Assembly: GCF_964031245.1 (NCBI RefSeq)
Contig: NZ_OZ035017.1
Location: forward strand, 215,402 to 279,401
Direction of reading: 5' to 3'
Origin: Rickettsiella endosymbiont of Miltochrista miniata
GTDB lineage: Bacteria; Pseudomonadota; Gammaproteobacteria; Diplorickettsiales; Diplorickettsiaceae
Length of the DNA stretch: 64,000 bases
Part shown: in pieces, positions 51,266-62,073 of the stretch
Numbering within the stretch: the stretch's first letter is position 1
Layout of the letters: the number at the start of each line of letters is the position of its first letter
Translations under genes and position numbers: made by a program
The notes under the pieces: generated by a model
The model's input: only the letters and a program-made list of their open reading frames with translations
Told to the model about the DNA's origin: nothing
The model's database searches: none

Positions 51266-52428
51266 CGACGTTTAACTTACCTGATCTAGGTGAAGGCTTA
51301 CCAGATGCTGAAATTCGAGAATGGTACGTCCAGCTAAATGACGTTATTAAAGTTGATCAGCCTATGGTTGCGATGGAAACTGCAAAAGCATTAGTAGATA
51401 TTCCTGCGCCTTTTAGCGGTAGAGTAACTAAACTTTTTGGTAAAGCAGGTGATATCATTAAAACAGGAAATGCTTTAATAGATATTGAAGGGGAAAATTC
51501 AACTAAAAAAGACATTGACCAAGCAACAGTGGTTGGAAATTTGCAATTAGGTGATGCTATTCTTGAAGAATCTCCTTTAGGGATACAACCTAAGCAAACA
51601 TCAATGCCACATCAGAATGGGATTAAAGCAACGCCGGCTATTCGAGCATTAGCAAAAAAATTCCAAATTAATATAAACGATTGTGAGGGAACGGGTCCTG
51701 ATGGACAAATTCTGGTAGCCGACGTCGAAAAAATGTTAAAGCAAAAATCCAGCAAAGAAAAAATATCTAAATCCAATACCTTATCTTCACCTCCACCAGG
51801 TTATGAACCATTACGCGGCGTTCGTCGTGTAATGGCAAGCACAATGAAACAAGCGCAACAATCTATCGTGCCTATAACGTTGGTCGACGATGCAGATATC
51901 CATGCTTGGCCAGAAAAAACAGACATTACTTTACGTCTGATTCGTGCGGTTATGGCCGCTTGTCAGCGTGAGCCACGACTCAATGCTTGGTTTGATGAAT
52001 CACAGTTAGCCGTATGTCAGCATAGTCGGATTGATCTAGGTATCGCTATGGATGCATCCGAGGGCTTATTCGTTCCAGTTTTAAAAAATGTTGCGCAAGA
52101 GAGCGCAGTCAATTTAAGAAAAACACTCGATAAATTTAAACTCGAAGTAAAAAATCGTAGTATTTCACCTGATGATTTACTAGGAGCAACTTTTGTATTA
52201 TCCAATGTAGGTGTTTTTGCAGGTCGTTATGCAACACCTATTGTTATTCCACCTATGGTTGCGATTTTAGCCGTTGGACGGATTAATGAAAAAGTTGTTG
52301 CCGAAGCAGGAAAAATAAGTGTACATAAACAATTGCCTTTATCTTTAACCGTGGATCATCGTGTAATTACTGGTGGTGAGGCGGCGCGGTTTTTATCGGC
52401 TCTAATTATTGATTTAGAAGCAGTGTGA
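51262..52428 (+). CDS. bkdB: Dihydrolipoamide acyltransferase E2 (lipoyl domain, E3-binding domain, catalytic domain with DHRVITG)
   Basis: Lipoyl attachment METAKA, peripheral subunit-binding domain, and C-terminal SLTVDHRVITGGEAARF. Confidence 0.88.
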   Translation: MTTFNLPDLGEGLPDAEIREWYVQLNDVIKVDQPMVAMETAKALVDIPAPFSGRVTKLFGKAGDIIKTGNALIDIEGENSTKKDIDQATVVGNLQLGDAILEESPLGIQPKQTSMPHQNGIKATPAIRALAKKFQININDCEGTGPDGQILVADVEKMLKQKSSKEKISKSNTLSSPPPGYEPLRGVRRVMASTMKQAQQSIVPITLVDDADIHAWPEKTDITLRLIRAVMAACQREPRLNAWFDESQLAVCQHSRIDLGIAMDASEGLFVPVLKNVAQESAVNLRKTLDKFKLEVKNRSISPDDLLGATFVLSNVGVFAGRYATPIVIPPMVAILAVGRINEKVVAEAGKISVHKQLPLSLTVDHRVITGGEAARFLSALIIDLEAV

Positions 52429-52436
52429 TATAAATA

Positions 52437-53253
52437 ATGCTACCACTACCCGCACGTAAGCGCTTCGGTCAACATTTCCTGCACGAAGGTTTTGTTATTG
52501 ACAAAATCATATCAGCGATCGCACCTAAAAAAAACCGATCATATGCTTGAGATCGGTCCGGGTTTGGGTGCGCTAACCGAACGACTGTTGCCACATCTTA
52601 AAAGTTTAACCGTAATAGAACTAGATAAAGACCTCATTCCCTTACTAGAAGAAAAATGTGCAGCGCTTGGAGAATTAATTGTTTATCAAGGTGACGTATT
52701 AAAAGTTGATTTTCATACCTTGAGCAAGACTGAGCAAGTTTGGCGTCTAGTGGGAAATCTTCCTTACAATATTTCGACCCCTTTATTGTTCCATTGTCTT
52801 GAACAAGCCAGCATTATTCAAGATATGCACTTTATGCTGCAGAAGGAAGTAGTGGATAGGATAAACGCACACCCGGGACAAGCTAGTTATGGTCGTTTAA
52901 GCGTGATGATTCAGTATTATTGTCAGGTAGAAAAACTATTTAATGTGAAATCAGGCGCTTTCCAACCACCCCCAAAGGTAGATTCGGCGGTGATTCGGCT
53001 TATTCCCCATAAAGTATTACCTTATAAAGCCAATGAGCCCTTGCTATTTGCTGAAATAGTAAAAAATGCATTTAATCATCGACGTAAAATGCTACGTAAT
53101 AATTTAGCTAACTGGTTACAAGAACAAGAATTTGCAGAGTTAAAAATCAATCCGACATTACGACCAGAACAACTGGATGTTAGTGATTATGTAAAATTAG
53201 CAAATTTTGTTGCTAAAAGAAATGAGTTCTATAAGGAGGAAAATGAAAAATAG
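52437..53253 (+). pseudogene. rsmA: 16S rRNA (adenine1518/1519-N6)-dimethyltransferase RsmA/KsgA, interrupted by a +1 frameshift in an A8 tract (52527-52534); possibly a sequencing artefact or rescued by slippage
   Basis: Frame 1 (52437-52550) gives [32 protein letters not shown]. Frame 2 continues [18 protein letters not shown]...NLPYNISTP. Removing one A restores ...[19 protein letters not shown]. Confidence 0.8.
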
Positions 53254-53256
53254 TCC

Positions 53257-53359
53257 GTCATGGCGAGGCCGAAACTTTAGTGAGGCCGTGGCCATCCAGA
53301 AAAAATTAAGCGTTTCACTGGATTGCCACGCACCTAGGGTGCTCGCAATGACGAAAAAT
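53257..53359. repeat. Repeat family B copy 2
   Basis: About 85% identical to 16980-17080. Located between the convergent rsmA and csbD genes. The internal hairpin has compensatory substitutions relative to copy 1. Confidence 0.65.
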
Positions 53360-53401
53360 GCTTTTGATTACAGAACTAGCTGTTTTTTCAGCATCAAGTT
53401 C

Positions 53402-53611
53402 TTAATGATGGTCTTTGTGTTTATTAAAAAATTCATGCAGATCTTTTTGCGCTTGTTCTTTGCTAATACCATATCGTTCTTGAATTTTTCCAACTAACTT
53501 TTCTTTATCGCCATGCAATTGTTCCCAATCATCATCGGTTAACTTCCCCCATTGCTCGCGAAGTTTACCTTTAATTTGGTGCCATTTTCCTTTTAGCTCT
53601 TCTGGATTCAT
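53402..53611 (-). CDS. CsbD-family general stress protein
   Basis: 69 aa with KGKWHQIKGKLREQWGKLTDDD...KIQERYG pattern. Confidence 0.7.
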   Translation of the reverse strand: MNPEELKGKWHQIKGKLREQWGKLTDDDWEQLHGDKEKLVGKIQERYGISKEQAQKDLHEFFNKHKDHH

Positions 53612-53788
53612 GTTTGCCTCCTTGAATAAGCATATTAAAAAAATATTTCCATTAATTTTTATCTCATCCAGTATAGCTTAAGTTCAAGGACATTCAAGTT
53701 AACGAAAGGGATCATTTTATTTTAATCCACCATAGAGACACTCATATACTATGAGTAAAAAGTCTTCAATATGATGGATTAAACAAAT

Positions 53789-54544
53789 TTATGCGTTTTT
53801 CTTCACTTCAATAAGATGAATAGTAAATACGAGTGTTTGATTAGGTCCAATCGCTTTATCAACACCATGCTCACCATAAGCAAGTTGTGGAGGAATAACG
53901 ACTTGATAGGTTGCGCCTGGTTTCATGATCTTTAAAACTTCTATCCAACCAGGAATCACATTATTTAAGGGAAAGGTTACAGGTTCTTTTGATTTCTCAA
54001 AAACAGTACCATTAATATAACTTCCGGTATATTCAACTTTAACCATGGAAGCATCTGTTGGATTCTCGCCGCTGCCGGCATTAATTATTTTATATTGAAT
54101 GCCACTTTTAGTGGTTATAACACCTGGTTTTGTTTTATTAACCGCTAAAAAAGAATCGCCTAGTTCTTTATTTTTAAGACTAATATCTTTAAATTCTGCT
54201 TGTTTCTTGTTAATCAATTCTTGTTGAAAGTTTTTCAAAATATCCGCCATTTGCGCTTGGGTTAATAATGTTTTTCCGTGAGAGCCATCGGCCAATCCTT
54301 TTTCTAAAGCAATCGGATCGACATCAATGCCTTGTTCTTTAAAATTTTCAGCCAAATCGGCGCCGATACTATAACTTATTTGACCTTTTGTGGTCTTTAG
54401 TACAGGGGATTTACTAACTATTTTTGGAAAAGTAGCTGTGGTTTTGAGTTGATTAACCGTAACTGGAGGGGTACTCTGTGCAGCCAGGACGTTTGAACTG
54501 ATGAGTAAGCTAGCCAGGGCAGTCAATACAGGTAATCTTGTCAT
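53789..54544 (-). CDS. mip: FKBP-type peptidyl-prolyl cis-trans isomerase, Mip/FkpA-like, with signal peptide
   Basis: Signal peptide, N-terminal dimerisation helix region, and C-terminal FKBP domain (GENPTDASMVKVEYTGSYINGTVFEKS...). Confidence 0.8.
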   Translation of the reverse strand: MTRLPVLTALASLLISSNVLAAQSTPPVTVNQLKTTATFPKIVSKSPVLKTTKGQISYSIGADLAENFKEQGIDVDPIALEKGLADGSHGKTLLTQAQMADILKNFQQELINKKQAEFKDISLKNKELGDSFLAVNKTKPGVITTKSGIQYKIINAGSGENPTDASMVKVEYTGSYINGTVFEKSKEPVTFPLNNVIPGWIEVLKIMKPGATYQVVIPPQLAYGEHGVDKAIGPNQTLVFTIHLIEVKKNA

Positions 54545-54636
54545 TGGATTTCCTCTTGAGAGACGGTATTAAAAACCGATATATTGCCCTAACTTTCGTT
54601 AGAAAACTATAGTTAATTAACAAAAATTTAAAAATT

Positions 54637-56502
54637 ATGCCATTTTCTACAGAATATGATGTCATTATTGTCGGTGGAGGTCATGCCGGCACTGAAGCGG
54701 CTTTGGCAGCGGCGCGTTTAGGCGCGTCTACTTTATTATTAACCCATAATATTGAAACCCTGGGCCAATTATCTTGCAACCCGTCCATAGGTGGCATAGG
54801 AAAAAGTCATTTAGTAAAAGAGGTTGATGCGTTAGGTGGCATTATGGCCCATGCAGCGGATCTGGCAGGAATACAATGGCGTACACTGAATGCCAGCAAA
54901 GGTCCTGCGGTGCGAGCCACAAGGGCACAAATGGATCGTAATTTATACAAACAAGCGATTCGTTCTGCCTTAGAAAATCAAGCTAATTTATTTATTTTTC
55001 AACAAAGTGTCGATGATGTAATCCTTGAGTCTAATCGCATCGTAGGCGTGGTAACACAAATGGGATTACACTTCTATGCAAAAGCGGTGGTATTGACCGC
55101 AGGTACTTTTTTAGCGGGTAAAATTCATATAGGTTTACAACAAGCGCAAGGAGGTCGTGCAGGTGATCCGGCAGCCAATTCCTTAGCAGAAAAATTACGT
55201 CAGTTGCCTTTGCGCATTAAGCGTTTAAAAACAGGTACACCACCGCGTTTAGATGGTCGCACGATTAATTATTCCATTCTATTAGAACAACCGAGTGATA
55301 GTCCCTTGCCGGTATTTTCGTATCTAGGAAAGATAGAGCAACATCCTGCGCAAATAAGCTGTTTTATCACTCACACTAATGAAAAAACTCATGCGATTAT
55401 TCGTTCGGGTTTAGACCGTTCGCCTATTTACAGTGGCGTAATAGACGGTGTAGGCCCACGTTATTGTCCTTCTATCGAAGATAAAGTGGTGCGTTTTGCG
55501 GATAAATTATCCCATCAGATTTTTCTTGAACCTGAAGGACTTAATACGCATGAAGTTTATCCCAATGGTATTTCGACAAGCCTGCCCTTTGATGTTCAGT
55601 GCGATTTAATACTCAGTATTAAGGGGTTAGAGCAGGCGCACATTACACGTCCCGGTTATGCAATCGAATATGATTTTTTTGATCCGCGCGATCTTTTCCA
55701 GTCTTTGGAATCTAGAATAATAGAAAATTTATTTTGTGCAGGTCAGATCAATGGAACAACCGGATATGAAGAAGCTGCAGCACAAGGACTTATTGCTGGT
55801 TTAAATGCTGCTTTAAAAGCGCAAGAAAAATCAGCGTGGTGTCCACGTCGCGATGAAGCTTATATCGGTGTACTAATTGATGATTTGATTACACAAGGTA
55901 CGCTCGAGCCTTATCGGATGTTTACCAGTCGAGCTGAATATCGTTTGCTGTTGCGTGAAGATAATGCTGATCTACGTTTGAGTGAGTCCGCTCATCGATT
56001 AGGACTCATCAATGAAGCTCGTTGGCGAAGCGTCAATGATAAGCGCTATATATTAGAACAAGAACAACAACGCTTAAAACAACTTTCGATTAAACCCAAC
56101 ACGACTGTAAGTAAGGCCCTAGAATCGCATTTAGGACAAGCTTTAACGCGAGATTATCGTGTTTCTGAATTATTAACACGACCAGAATTAAGTTACTCTG
56201 ATTTAATGAAAGTAGAAGGCCTGGGTCCAGGAATTGTCGATTCGGCTATTGCAGAGCAAATAGAAATTCAAGCTAAATACCAAGGTTATATTGATCGACA
56301 ATTAGTGGAGATTCAACGACAAGCACGTTATGAAAATATTAATTTACCACTTAATTTAGATTATAACTTAGTTAAAGGACTGTCGAATGAAGTGAGAGAA
56401 AAATTAATTCAACACAAACCATTAAATTTGGGACAAGCATCACGTATTCCTGGTATTACTCCTGCGGCAATTTCTTTGTTGTTGGTCTACATAAAAAAGT
56501 AA
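54637..56502 (+). CDS. mnmG: tRNA uridine 5-carboxymethylaminomethyl modification enzyme MnmG (GidA)
   Basis: [19 protein letters not shown] motif; 621 aa. Confidence 0.95.
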   Translation: MPFSTEYDVIIVGGGHAGTEAALAAARLGASTLLLTHNIETLGQLSCNPSIGGIGKSHLVKEVDALGGIMAHAADLAGIQWRTLNASKGPAVRATRAQMDRNLYKQAIRSALENQANLFIFQQSVDDVILESNRIVGVVTQMGLHFYAKAVVLTAGTFLAGKIHIGLQQAQGGRAGDPAANSLAEKLRQLPLRIKRLKTGTPPRLDGRTINYSILLEQPSDSPLPVFSYLGKIEQHPAQISCFITHTNEKTHAIIRSGLDRSPIYSGVIDGVGPRYCPSIEDKVVRFADKLSHQIFLEPEGLNTHEVYPNGISTSLPFDVQCDLILSIKGLEQAHITRPGYAIEYDFFDPRDLFQSLESRIIENLFCAGQINGTTGYEEAAAQGLIAGLNAALKAQEKSAWCPRRDEAYIGVLIDDLITQGTLEPYRMFTSRAEYRLLLREDNADLRLSESAHRLGLINEARWRSVNDKRYILEQEQQRLKQLSIKPNTTVSKALESHLGQALTRDYRVSELLTRPELSYSDLMKVEGLGPGIVDSAIAEQIEIQAKYQGYIDRQLVEIQRQARYENINLPLNLDYNLVKGLSNEVREKLIQHKPLNLGQASRIPGITPAAISLLLVYIKK

Positions 56503-56517
56503 AATAAACTAAACTTT

Positions 56518-59500
56518 ATGTCTATTTCTGAATTTTTAAATTTTTCCATTCCCACTGAACCAAATCAGCGTTTACGTTTAAGTAATCTACAGCAAGATAG
56601 TCTTGCCTTAGCGTTAAATCAGATAACCGATAGCTACGAAGGTGCAATTTTAGTAATTACACCCGATAACCTAATGGCAAATCGGCTAGAAGCCGCAGTA
56701 AAGTTTTTTTCGCCGCAGTTAACAGTTATGAATTTTCCTGACTGGGAAACATTGCCTTATGATCATTTCTCTCCTCATCAAGATATTATTTCGCAACGAC
56801 TTTCGACTTTAGCTCAATTACATGACATCAAGCGGGCATTATTATTGGTACCTATTACCACCTTAATGCAACGTATTGCTCCACTTAGTTATATAAGAGC
56901 GACAAGCTTGAGTATTACTTGTGGCGAAAAAAGATCTATCGAGGAACTGCGAAAAAATTTACAATTAGGTGGTTATCACTGCGTATCGCAAGTTTTGACA
57001 CGAGGTGAATTTGCTGTGCGCGGGTCCATTTTAGATATTTTCCCGATGGGTAGTGATTTACCTTTTCGGGTTGATTTTGCGGATGATGAAGTGGATAGTA
57101 TTCGCCATTTCGATCCCGATACACAACGCTCAATAGAGAAAATAGAAAAAATAAATTTGCTTCCCGCACGTGAATTTCCTCTGTCAGAATCCGCAATCAA
57201 TTTTTTTCGCCAACAATGGCGCGAAAATTTTGTCGGAAACCCCTTAAATTGTCCATTGTATGAAGCGGTGAGCGAAGGGCGCGCACCCGCTGGAATAGAG
57301 TATTATCTACCGTTATTTTTTCCGCAAACACAATTATTGATTGATTATTTGCCAAAAAAAGCTTTAATTTTACAAATTAATAATGCTCAGCTAGCAGCAG
57401 AAAATTTTTGGAAGGAAATTAATGAGCGCTACGAACAGCTTAGGCATGATATAGAGCGGCCCGTTTTAGCCCCCCAACAACTTTATGTGGAAGTCGATGC
57501 ATTATTTACTCGATTAAAGGAATTTCCAAGGATTTTGTTGCAGCAAGCGCCTACGCAGTCTGCTGATACTTATCATACGCTCGTCAAGAGCTTTCCTAAT
57601 TTAACGGTTGATCATAAGCTTGAACAGCCTTTAGAGCATTTAAATACGTTTCTAAATGAATTCCTAAACGATCCTAAGGCTCGTGTTTTATTTTGTGTGG
57701 AAAGTGCAGGTCGTAGGGAAGTGTTGTTGGATTTACTCAATAAATTTTCTATAGACGTTCATCGTTGTGAGACTTGGCAAGAATTTCTGCATGCTTCTGA
57801 ACGTATTCATATCACTGTTGCGCCATTAGAAGAAGGCTTCTATCTAGAAAAGCCACCTTTGGCATTAATTACCGAAGCACAATTATTTGGTAATCAGATT
57901 ATTCAAAAACGTCAAACTAAAACTAAAGGTTTAGATGCGCGTACAATTATTCGAAATTTAGCGGAGTTAACCGAAGGTAATCCGGTTGTTCATATCGATC
58001 ATGGTGTAGGGCGTTATCGAGGGTTACAACATTTAAAAATAGATGATCAAGAAAATGAATTTTTGGTAGTCGAATATGCTGCAAAAGCAAAATTATATGT
58101 TCCAGTATCTTCACTTAATTTAATTAGTCGTTATAGTGGCAATGATAGTGAGCATGCCCCTTTACATCAATTGGGCTCTGATCAATGGGAAAAAGCGAAA
58201 CGTAAAGCTGCTGAGCAAATGCGTGATGTTGCTGCGGAATTACTCGATATTTATGCCCATCGCGCAGCGCATAAGGGTTATGCTTTTCATCTGCCTGAGC
58301 ATGATTATCAAGCATTTACGGCACAATTTCCTTTTACAGAAACACAGGATCAAGAACAAGCTATCCAACAGGTTATCCAGGATATGACCTCAGAACGCAC
58401 CATGGATAGATTAATTTGTGGCGATGTCGGTTTTGGCAAAACAGAAGTTGCGATGCGCGCTGCATTTTTAGCTGTGCAATCCAATAAACAAGTCGCCATA
58501 CTGGTTCCAACGACATTATTGGCCCAACAACATTATCAAAATTTTAGTGATCGTTTTGCTGAATGGCCAGTGCAGATTGAAATGATTTCACGTTTCCGAA
58601 GTGTTGCATTACAGAAAAAAATTCTAGAACGCTTGCAAATGGGGAAAATCGATATTTTGATAGGAACACACAAACTATTAAGCAAAGAATTACAATTTCC
58701 TCGGCTCGGTTTATTGATTATTGATGAAGAGCATCGCTTTGGCGTACAACAAAAAGAGCGTTTAAAAGCTTTACGGGCTGAAGTAGATATTTTAAGTTTA
58801 ACCGCGACGCCAATACCGCGTACCTTAAATATGGCCTTATCCGGTTTGCGTGAGTTATCGATTATTGCCACGCCACCTGCGCGACGTTTGTCGATTAAAA
58901 CCTTTGTACAAATGCGTAATACCAGTGTAATTCGTGAAGCCATTTTGCGGGAATTACTTCGTGGAGGCCAAGTTTATTTTTTACATAACCAAGTCGATAG
59001 TATTGAAAAAACAGCCAGAGAATTAGAGGCATTAGTGCCAGAAGCACGTATTCAGGTAGCACACGGTCAATTACGTGAAACTCAACTCGAACGTGTGATG
59101 GCAGATTTTTATCATCAACGTTTTAATGTACTAGTATGCACGACCATCATCGAAACCGGAATTGACGTCCCGTCAGCTAATACCATTATCATTGATCGAG
59201 CGGATAAGTTCGGTTTAGCCCAACTCCACCAATTACGTGGCCGTGTAGGACGCTCTCACCATCAAGCCTATGCCTATTTAATGACACCGCCTAAAGAAAT
59301 TATGACAGCGGATGCTATGAAGCGTTTAGAAGCCTTTACTTCTTTAGAAGATCTTGGTGCAGGCTTTACCTTGGCCATGCATGATTTAGAAATTCGAGGT
59401 GCGGGTGAAGTTTTAGGCGAACAGCAAAGTGGCAATATGCAATCCATAGGTTTTTCATTGTATATGGAATTACTCGAACAAACCGTAGCTGCACTAAAAT

Positions 59501-59973
59501 CAGGTAAAGAGCCGGCGCTCAAACTAGTTATTCATGCGGTAGAAATTGATTTGCAAATTTCAGCATTAATTCCAGAAAATTATTTACCGGATGTGCATAC
59601 CCGTTTAGTACTCTATAAACGCATTGCTCATGCAAAAGATGCTCAAGAATTAGAACAATTACAAGTCGAAATGATCGATCGCTTTGGTTTATTGCCGCAA
59701 GCACTGAAAAATCTATTTCAATTAAGCGAATTGAAATTACTTGCGCAAAAAATTGGTATTAAAAAAATTGTCTCCGGACCTCAGGGAGGTCGCATTGAAT
59801 TTAATCAAAATCCAAATGTTTGTCTTGCAGATATCATCCAGTTAATTCAGAAAAATCCATCCCAATACAAATTGGATGGCCCCTCGCGTTTACGTTTCAT
59901 CGCCGAACAGCCAACAGTTGAGTCACGGATAACAACTATTTATGTTTTAATGCATAAATTAATCCAAAAATAA
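56518..59973 (+). CDS. mfd: Transcription-repair coupling factor
   Basis: 1151 aa; UvrB-homology N-terminus; RecG-like helicase motifs (GDVGFGKTEVA, DEEHRFG). Confidence 0.95.
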   Translation: MSISEFLNFSIPTEPNQRLRLSNLQQDSLALALNQITDSYEGAILVITPDNLMANRLEAAVKFFSPQLTVMNFPDWETLPYDHFSPHQDIISQRLSTLAQLHDIKRALLLVPITTLMQRIAPLSYIRATSLSITCGEKRSIEELRKNLQLGGYHCVSQVLTRGEFAVRGSILDIFPMGSDLPFRVDFADDEVDSIRHFDPDTQRSIEKIEKINLLPAREFPLSESAINFFRQQWRENFVGNPLNCPLYEAVSEGRAPAGIEYYLPLFFPQTQLLIDYLPKKALILQINNAQLAAENFWKEINERYEQLRHDIERPVLAPQQLYVEVDALFTRLKEFPRILLQQAPTQSADTYHTLVKSFPNLTVDHKLEQPLEHLNTFLNEFLNDPKARVLFCVESAGRREVLLDLLNKFSIDVHRCETWQEFLHASERIHITVAPLEEGFYLEKPPLALITEAQLFGNQIIQKRQTKTKGLDARTIIRNLAELTEGNPVVHIDHGVGRYRGLQHLKIDDQENEFLVVEYAAKAKLYVPVSSLNLISRYSGNDSEHAPLHQLGSDQWEKAKRKAAEQMRDVAAELLDIYAHRAAHKGYAFHLPEHDYQAFTAQFPFTETQDQEQAIQQVIQDMTSERTMDRLICGDVGFGKTEVAMRAAFLAVQSNKQVAILVPTTLLAQQHYQNFSDRFAEWPVQIEMISRFRSVALQKKILERLQMGKIDILIGTHKLLSKELQFPRLGLLIIDEEHRFGVQQKERLKALRAEVDILSLTATPIPRTLNMALSGLRELSIIATPPARRLSIKTFVQMRNTSVIREAILRELLRGGQVYFLHNQVDSIEKTARELEALVPEARIQVAHGQLRETQLERVMADFYHQRFNVLVCTTIIETGIDVPSANTIIIDRADKFGLAQLHQLRGRVGRSHHQAYAYLMTPPKEIMTADAMKRLEAFTSLEDLGAGFTLAMHDLEIRGAGEVLGEQQSGNMQSIGFSLYMELLEQTVAALKSGKEPALKLVIHAVEIDLQISALIPENYLPDVHTRLVLYKRIAHAKDAQELEQLQVEMIDRFGLLPQALKNLFQLSELKLLAQKIGIKKIVSGPQGGRIEFNQNPNVCLADIIQLIQKNPSQYKLDGPSRLRFIAEQPTVESRITTIYVLMHKLIQK

Positions 59974-60138
59974 ACAAGTAATTTCTGTATTTAAGTTTCA
60001 TTTAAGTCTTGATAGGTAATATAAGATCAAGTCTAAAATTAAATTTTATATTTAGCGGGCATAGTACGCGCATTTTAAATAATTTAATAGGGCGTGCGTC
60101 ACGCTAAATAAACCAAACAATAAAAAAAGAGATTTTCT

Positions 60139-61269
60139 ATGTTAGATGAGATGTCGACAAAAAATACAATTTTTTTAACGGAAGATGAGAAACGGATAAT
60201 GATTGTTCAGTTGTTAGATATTTTTTTTAAATTTTTAAAAGAAATAAATTTGCAAGAATTGAAAGATGCGTGGTTAACGGAACACTTAAGTCAGGTACAT
60301 TGTAGAAACGATAGCATAGAAGGTTGGCTTCCTAGCGAAAAAGACTTTGAAGTATTTTCTCATTTGGCAGAAAGTTTTGTTTTACATTATTGCGACAAAA
60401 AACCAGATACATTTTTATCTGAGGCATTTGAGACATTAAAAGTAGTAAAATATGCTGGAGCTACTAGCAAGATTAACGGGTTGTCTTATAGTGATGAGAG
60501 TTTAAATAAACTTAACATTTTTTTAATAAAATTCCATCCTGCTTACCAAGAATATGATATTTGCTTAAAAGAAATTTTATCACAATTAAAAGTTTGTGTG
60601 GAAAACGAGGCTTGGAATGGCAAAGCCAAACATATTTTTACCCGCGCCCCTGACGGCATTCAAAAATTAAGAAAGCTATTGGCCAACAATAATTTAAATT
60701 CCTTAGAAAAAATAGTTAATATATCTAAGCTAGTTGAAAACAAATATAACACCCCATCACGTCATCGAGATGAGGTTACATATAGTTTTTACAAAAATTT
60801 ATCAAATAGTTTAAAGAAATTTTATACCGATCTCAGTCCTAAAAATCAGGACATTTGGCATAGTATTTATCTTGGGACCTATTCAAAAGATCAGTCACCG
60901 CGTTTTACTTGGATAACTAAAATTCAATTAACTCAAATTCAAATACAAGCGGAAAAAATAGAAGAACAACTAACAACGGTTAATTCTAAATTAGGGATTA
61001 ACTCTACAGAATCAATTGCTAGAGAGTCAGAAGTTGTCTTTGCTTCTCCTAAGCAGCAACCAGGCCCTAGTGGTAATCAATCCTTAAAAAATGAAACGCA
61101 ACCAACCGAACTAGCTAGCCGCAAAGAATCGATTATTAATGCCACACAACCGCCTTTAACTAAAGAGGTAGCTGAAGCAAACTATCAGCGCCCCCATTTT
61201 TTTACTAAAAAATTTGAATCAGAAAATAATAATAAATTTGAACAGCCAAAGCCAATTAGAGGAATCTAA
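60139..61269 (+). CDS. Hypothetical protein (AT-rich orphan; effector-like, Glu-containing C-terminal tail)
   Basis: 376 aa, no recognisable domain. C-terminus ...KKFESENNNKFEQPKPIRGI. Confidence 0.5.
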   Translation: MLDEMSTKNTIFLTEDEKRIMIVQLLDIFFKFLKEINLQELKDAWLTEHLSQVHCRNDSIEGWLPSEKDFEVFSHLAESFVLHYCDKKPDTFLSEAFETLKVVKYAGATSKINGLSYSDESLNKLNIFLIKFHPAYQEYDICLKEILSQLKVCVENEAWNGKAKHIFTRAPDGIQKLRKLLANNNLNSLEKIVNISKLVENKYNTPSRHRDEVTYSFYKNLSNSLKKFYTDLSPKNQDIWHSIYLGTYSKDQSPRFTWITKIQLTQIQIQAEKIEEQLTTVNSKLGINSTESIARESEVVFASPKQQPGPSGNQSLKNETQPTELASRKESIINATQPPLTKEVAEANYQRPHFFTKKFESENNNKFEQPKPIRGI

Positions 61270-61481
61270 TCTAATTAGATCTTTATTTTAATTTAAACAT
61301 TTATTTATAAAAATAAGTTAGATTTCTAATTTTAATTATTTTCTAATAAATCATCACCTTCTCATATTATAATTAGCAATTATCTAACATTTTATATTAT
61401 TATCAGAATCGAAAATTATTTTTTATAAAAAATAATTGTTATAAAAACAGATCAATAAGGATATTAATATTTAAAAGGAGA

Positions 61482-61979
61482 TTGCCCATGAATTTATTTA
61501 ATTATTCTACATGGAGTTTGTTTTTTACCACTATTTTGCAAGCTGTAGCCGGATATACCTGTCCTAATATAGCCACGATTAACTCAAGAATAGATGCAAA
61601 TAAAACCATGCGATTCCCATTAGCGCAGTGTGTTATCCCAACACGTCGAGGTTATGCTTGGCTTTACAGAGACCATACTAATCAAATTAAAAAATTTTAT
61701 AACGGAGACAGTCATGCAGCAGAAATTGTTTCTATATGGTATCAAAAACCCACCCCTTTTATAAGTCCATTCTTAACTTGCTTTTATAAAGATAAAAACA
61801 AAAAGTTTTTTTCTTTATTAATGGGAGATAAAGGAACCTCGCGAGTCAATACTTCAGCGATAGAAGCTAATTGTAAGCACTGGAAAATATTTCACAGTGA
61901 TGGTCTCTATGTTTGCGGAGAGGAAACGGATGTCAAAAAAGATCTAAAAAAGTGCCAGTTTTATCTTAAGTCCCGTTGA
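61482..61979 (+). CDS. Small secreted Cys-containing protein, paralog 1 of 4 (likely start at the second Met, 61488)
   Basis: Signal peptide ...ILQAVAG|YTCPN; conserved MRFPL, KKFYNG, TC.YKD, YVCGE and KCQFYLK motifs shared with paralogs 2 and 4. Confidence 0.6.
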   Translation: MPMNLFNYSTWSLFFTTILQAVAGYTCPNIATINSRIDANKTMRFPLAQCVIPTRRGYAWLYRDHTNQIKKFYNGDSHAAEIVSIWYQKPTPFISPFLTCFYKDKNKKFFSLLMGDKGTSRVNTSAIEANCKHWKIFHSDGLYVCGEETDVKKDLKKCQFYLKSR

Positions 61980-62073
61980 AATATAAGGAGGTGAACCTAA
62001 AAACATACTAATTAAGCAGGATTGTTATTATAAAAAATATTATCAATTATTAAAATTATTAAAAGGAAAATTT

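Noticed and set aside
53360-53401. Weak hairpin ACAG-aactag-CTGT followed by TTTTTT after rsmA
   Set aside because: It is only a 4-bp stem. It could contribute to termination of rsmA but is too weak to call as a feature with confidence.
53207-53497. 96-aa plus-strand ORF overlapping repeat B copy 2 and antisense to csbD
   Set aside because: It spans a non-coding repeat and overlaps the well-supported csbD gene on the other strand. Low-complexity translation; judged spurious.
54545-54636. oriC next to gidA/mnmG
   Set aside because: No DnaA boxes (TTATCCACA-like) or AT-rich 13-mers in the mip-mnmG intergenic region. mnmG is not origin-adjacent here.
56936-59522. Minus-strand ORFs inside mfd (56936-57196, 56976-57200, 58124-58315, 58536-58943, 59274-59522) and the plus-frame ORF 58136-58387
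   Set aside because: All are embedded in the 1151-aa mfd gene on the opposite strand or in an alternative frame. No support beyond being open.
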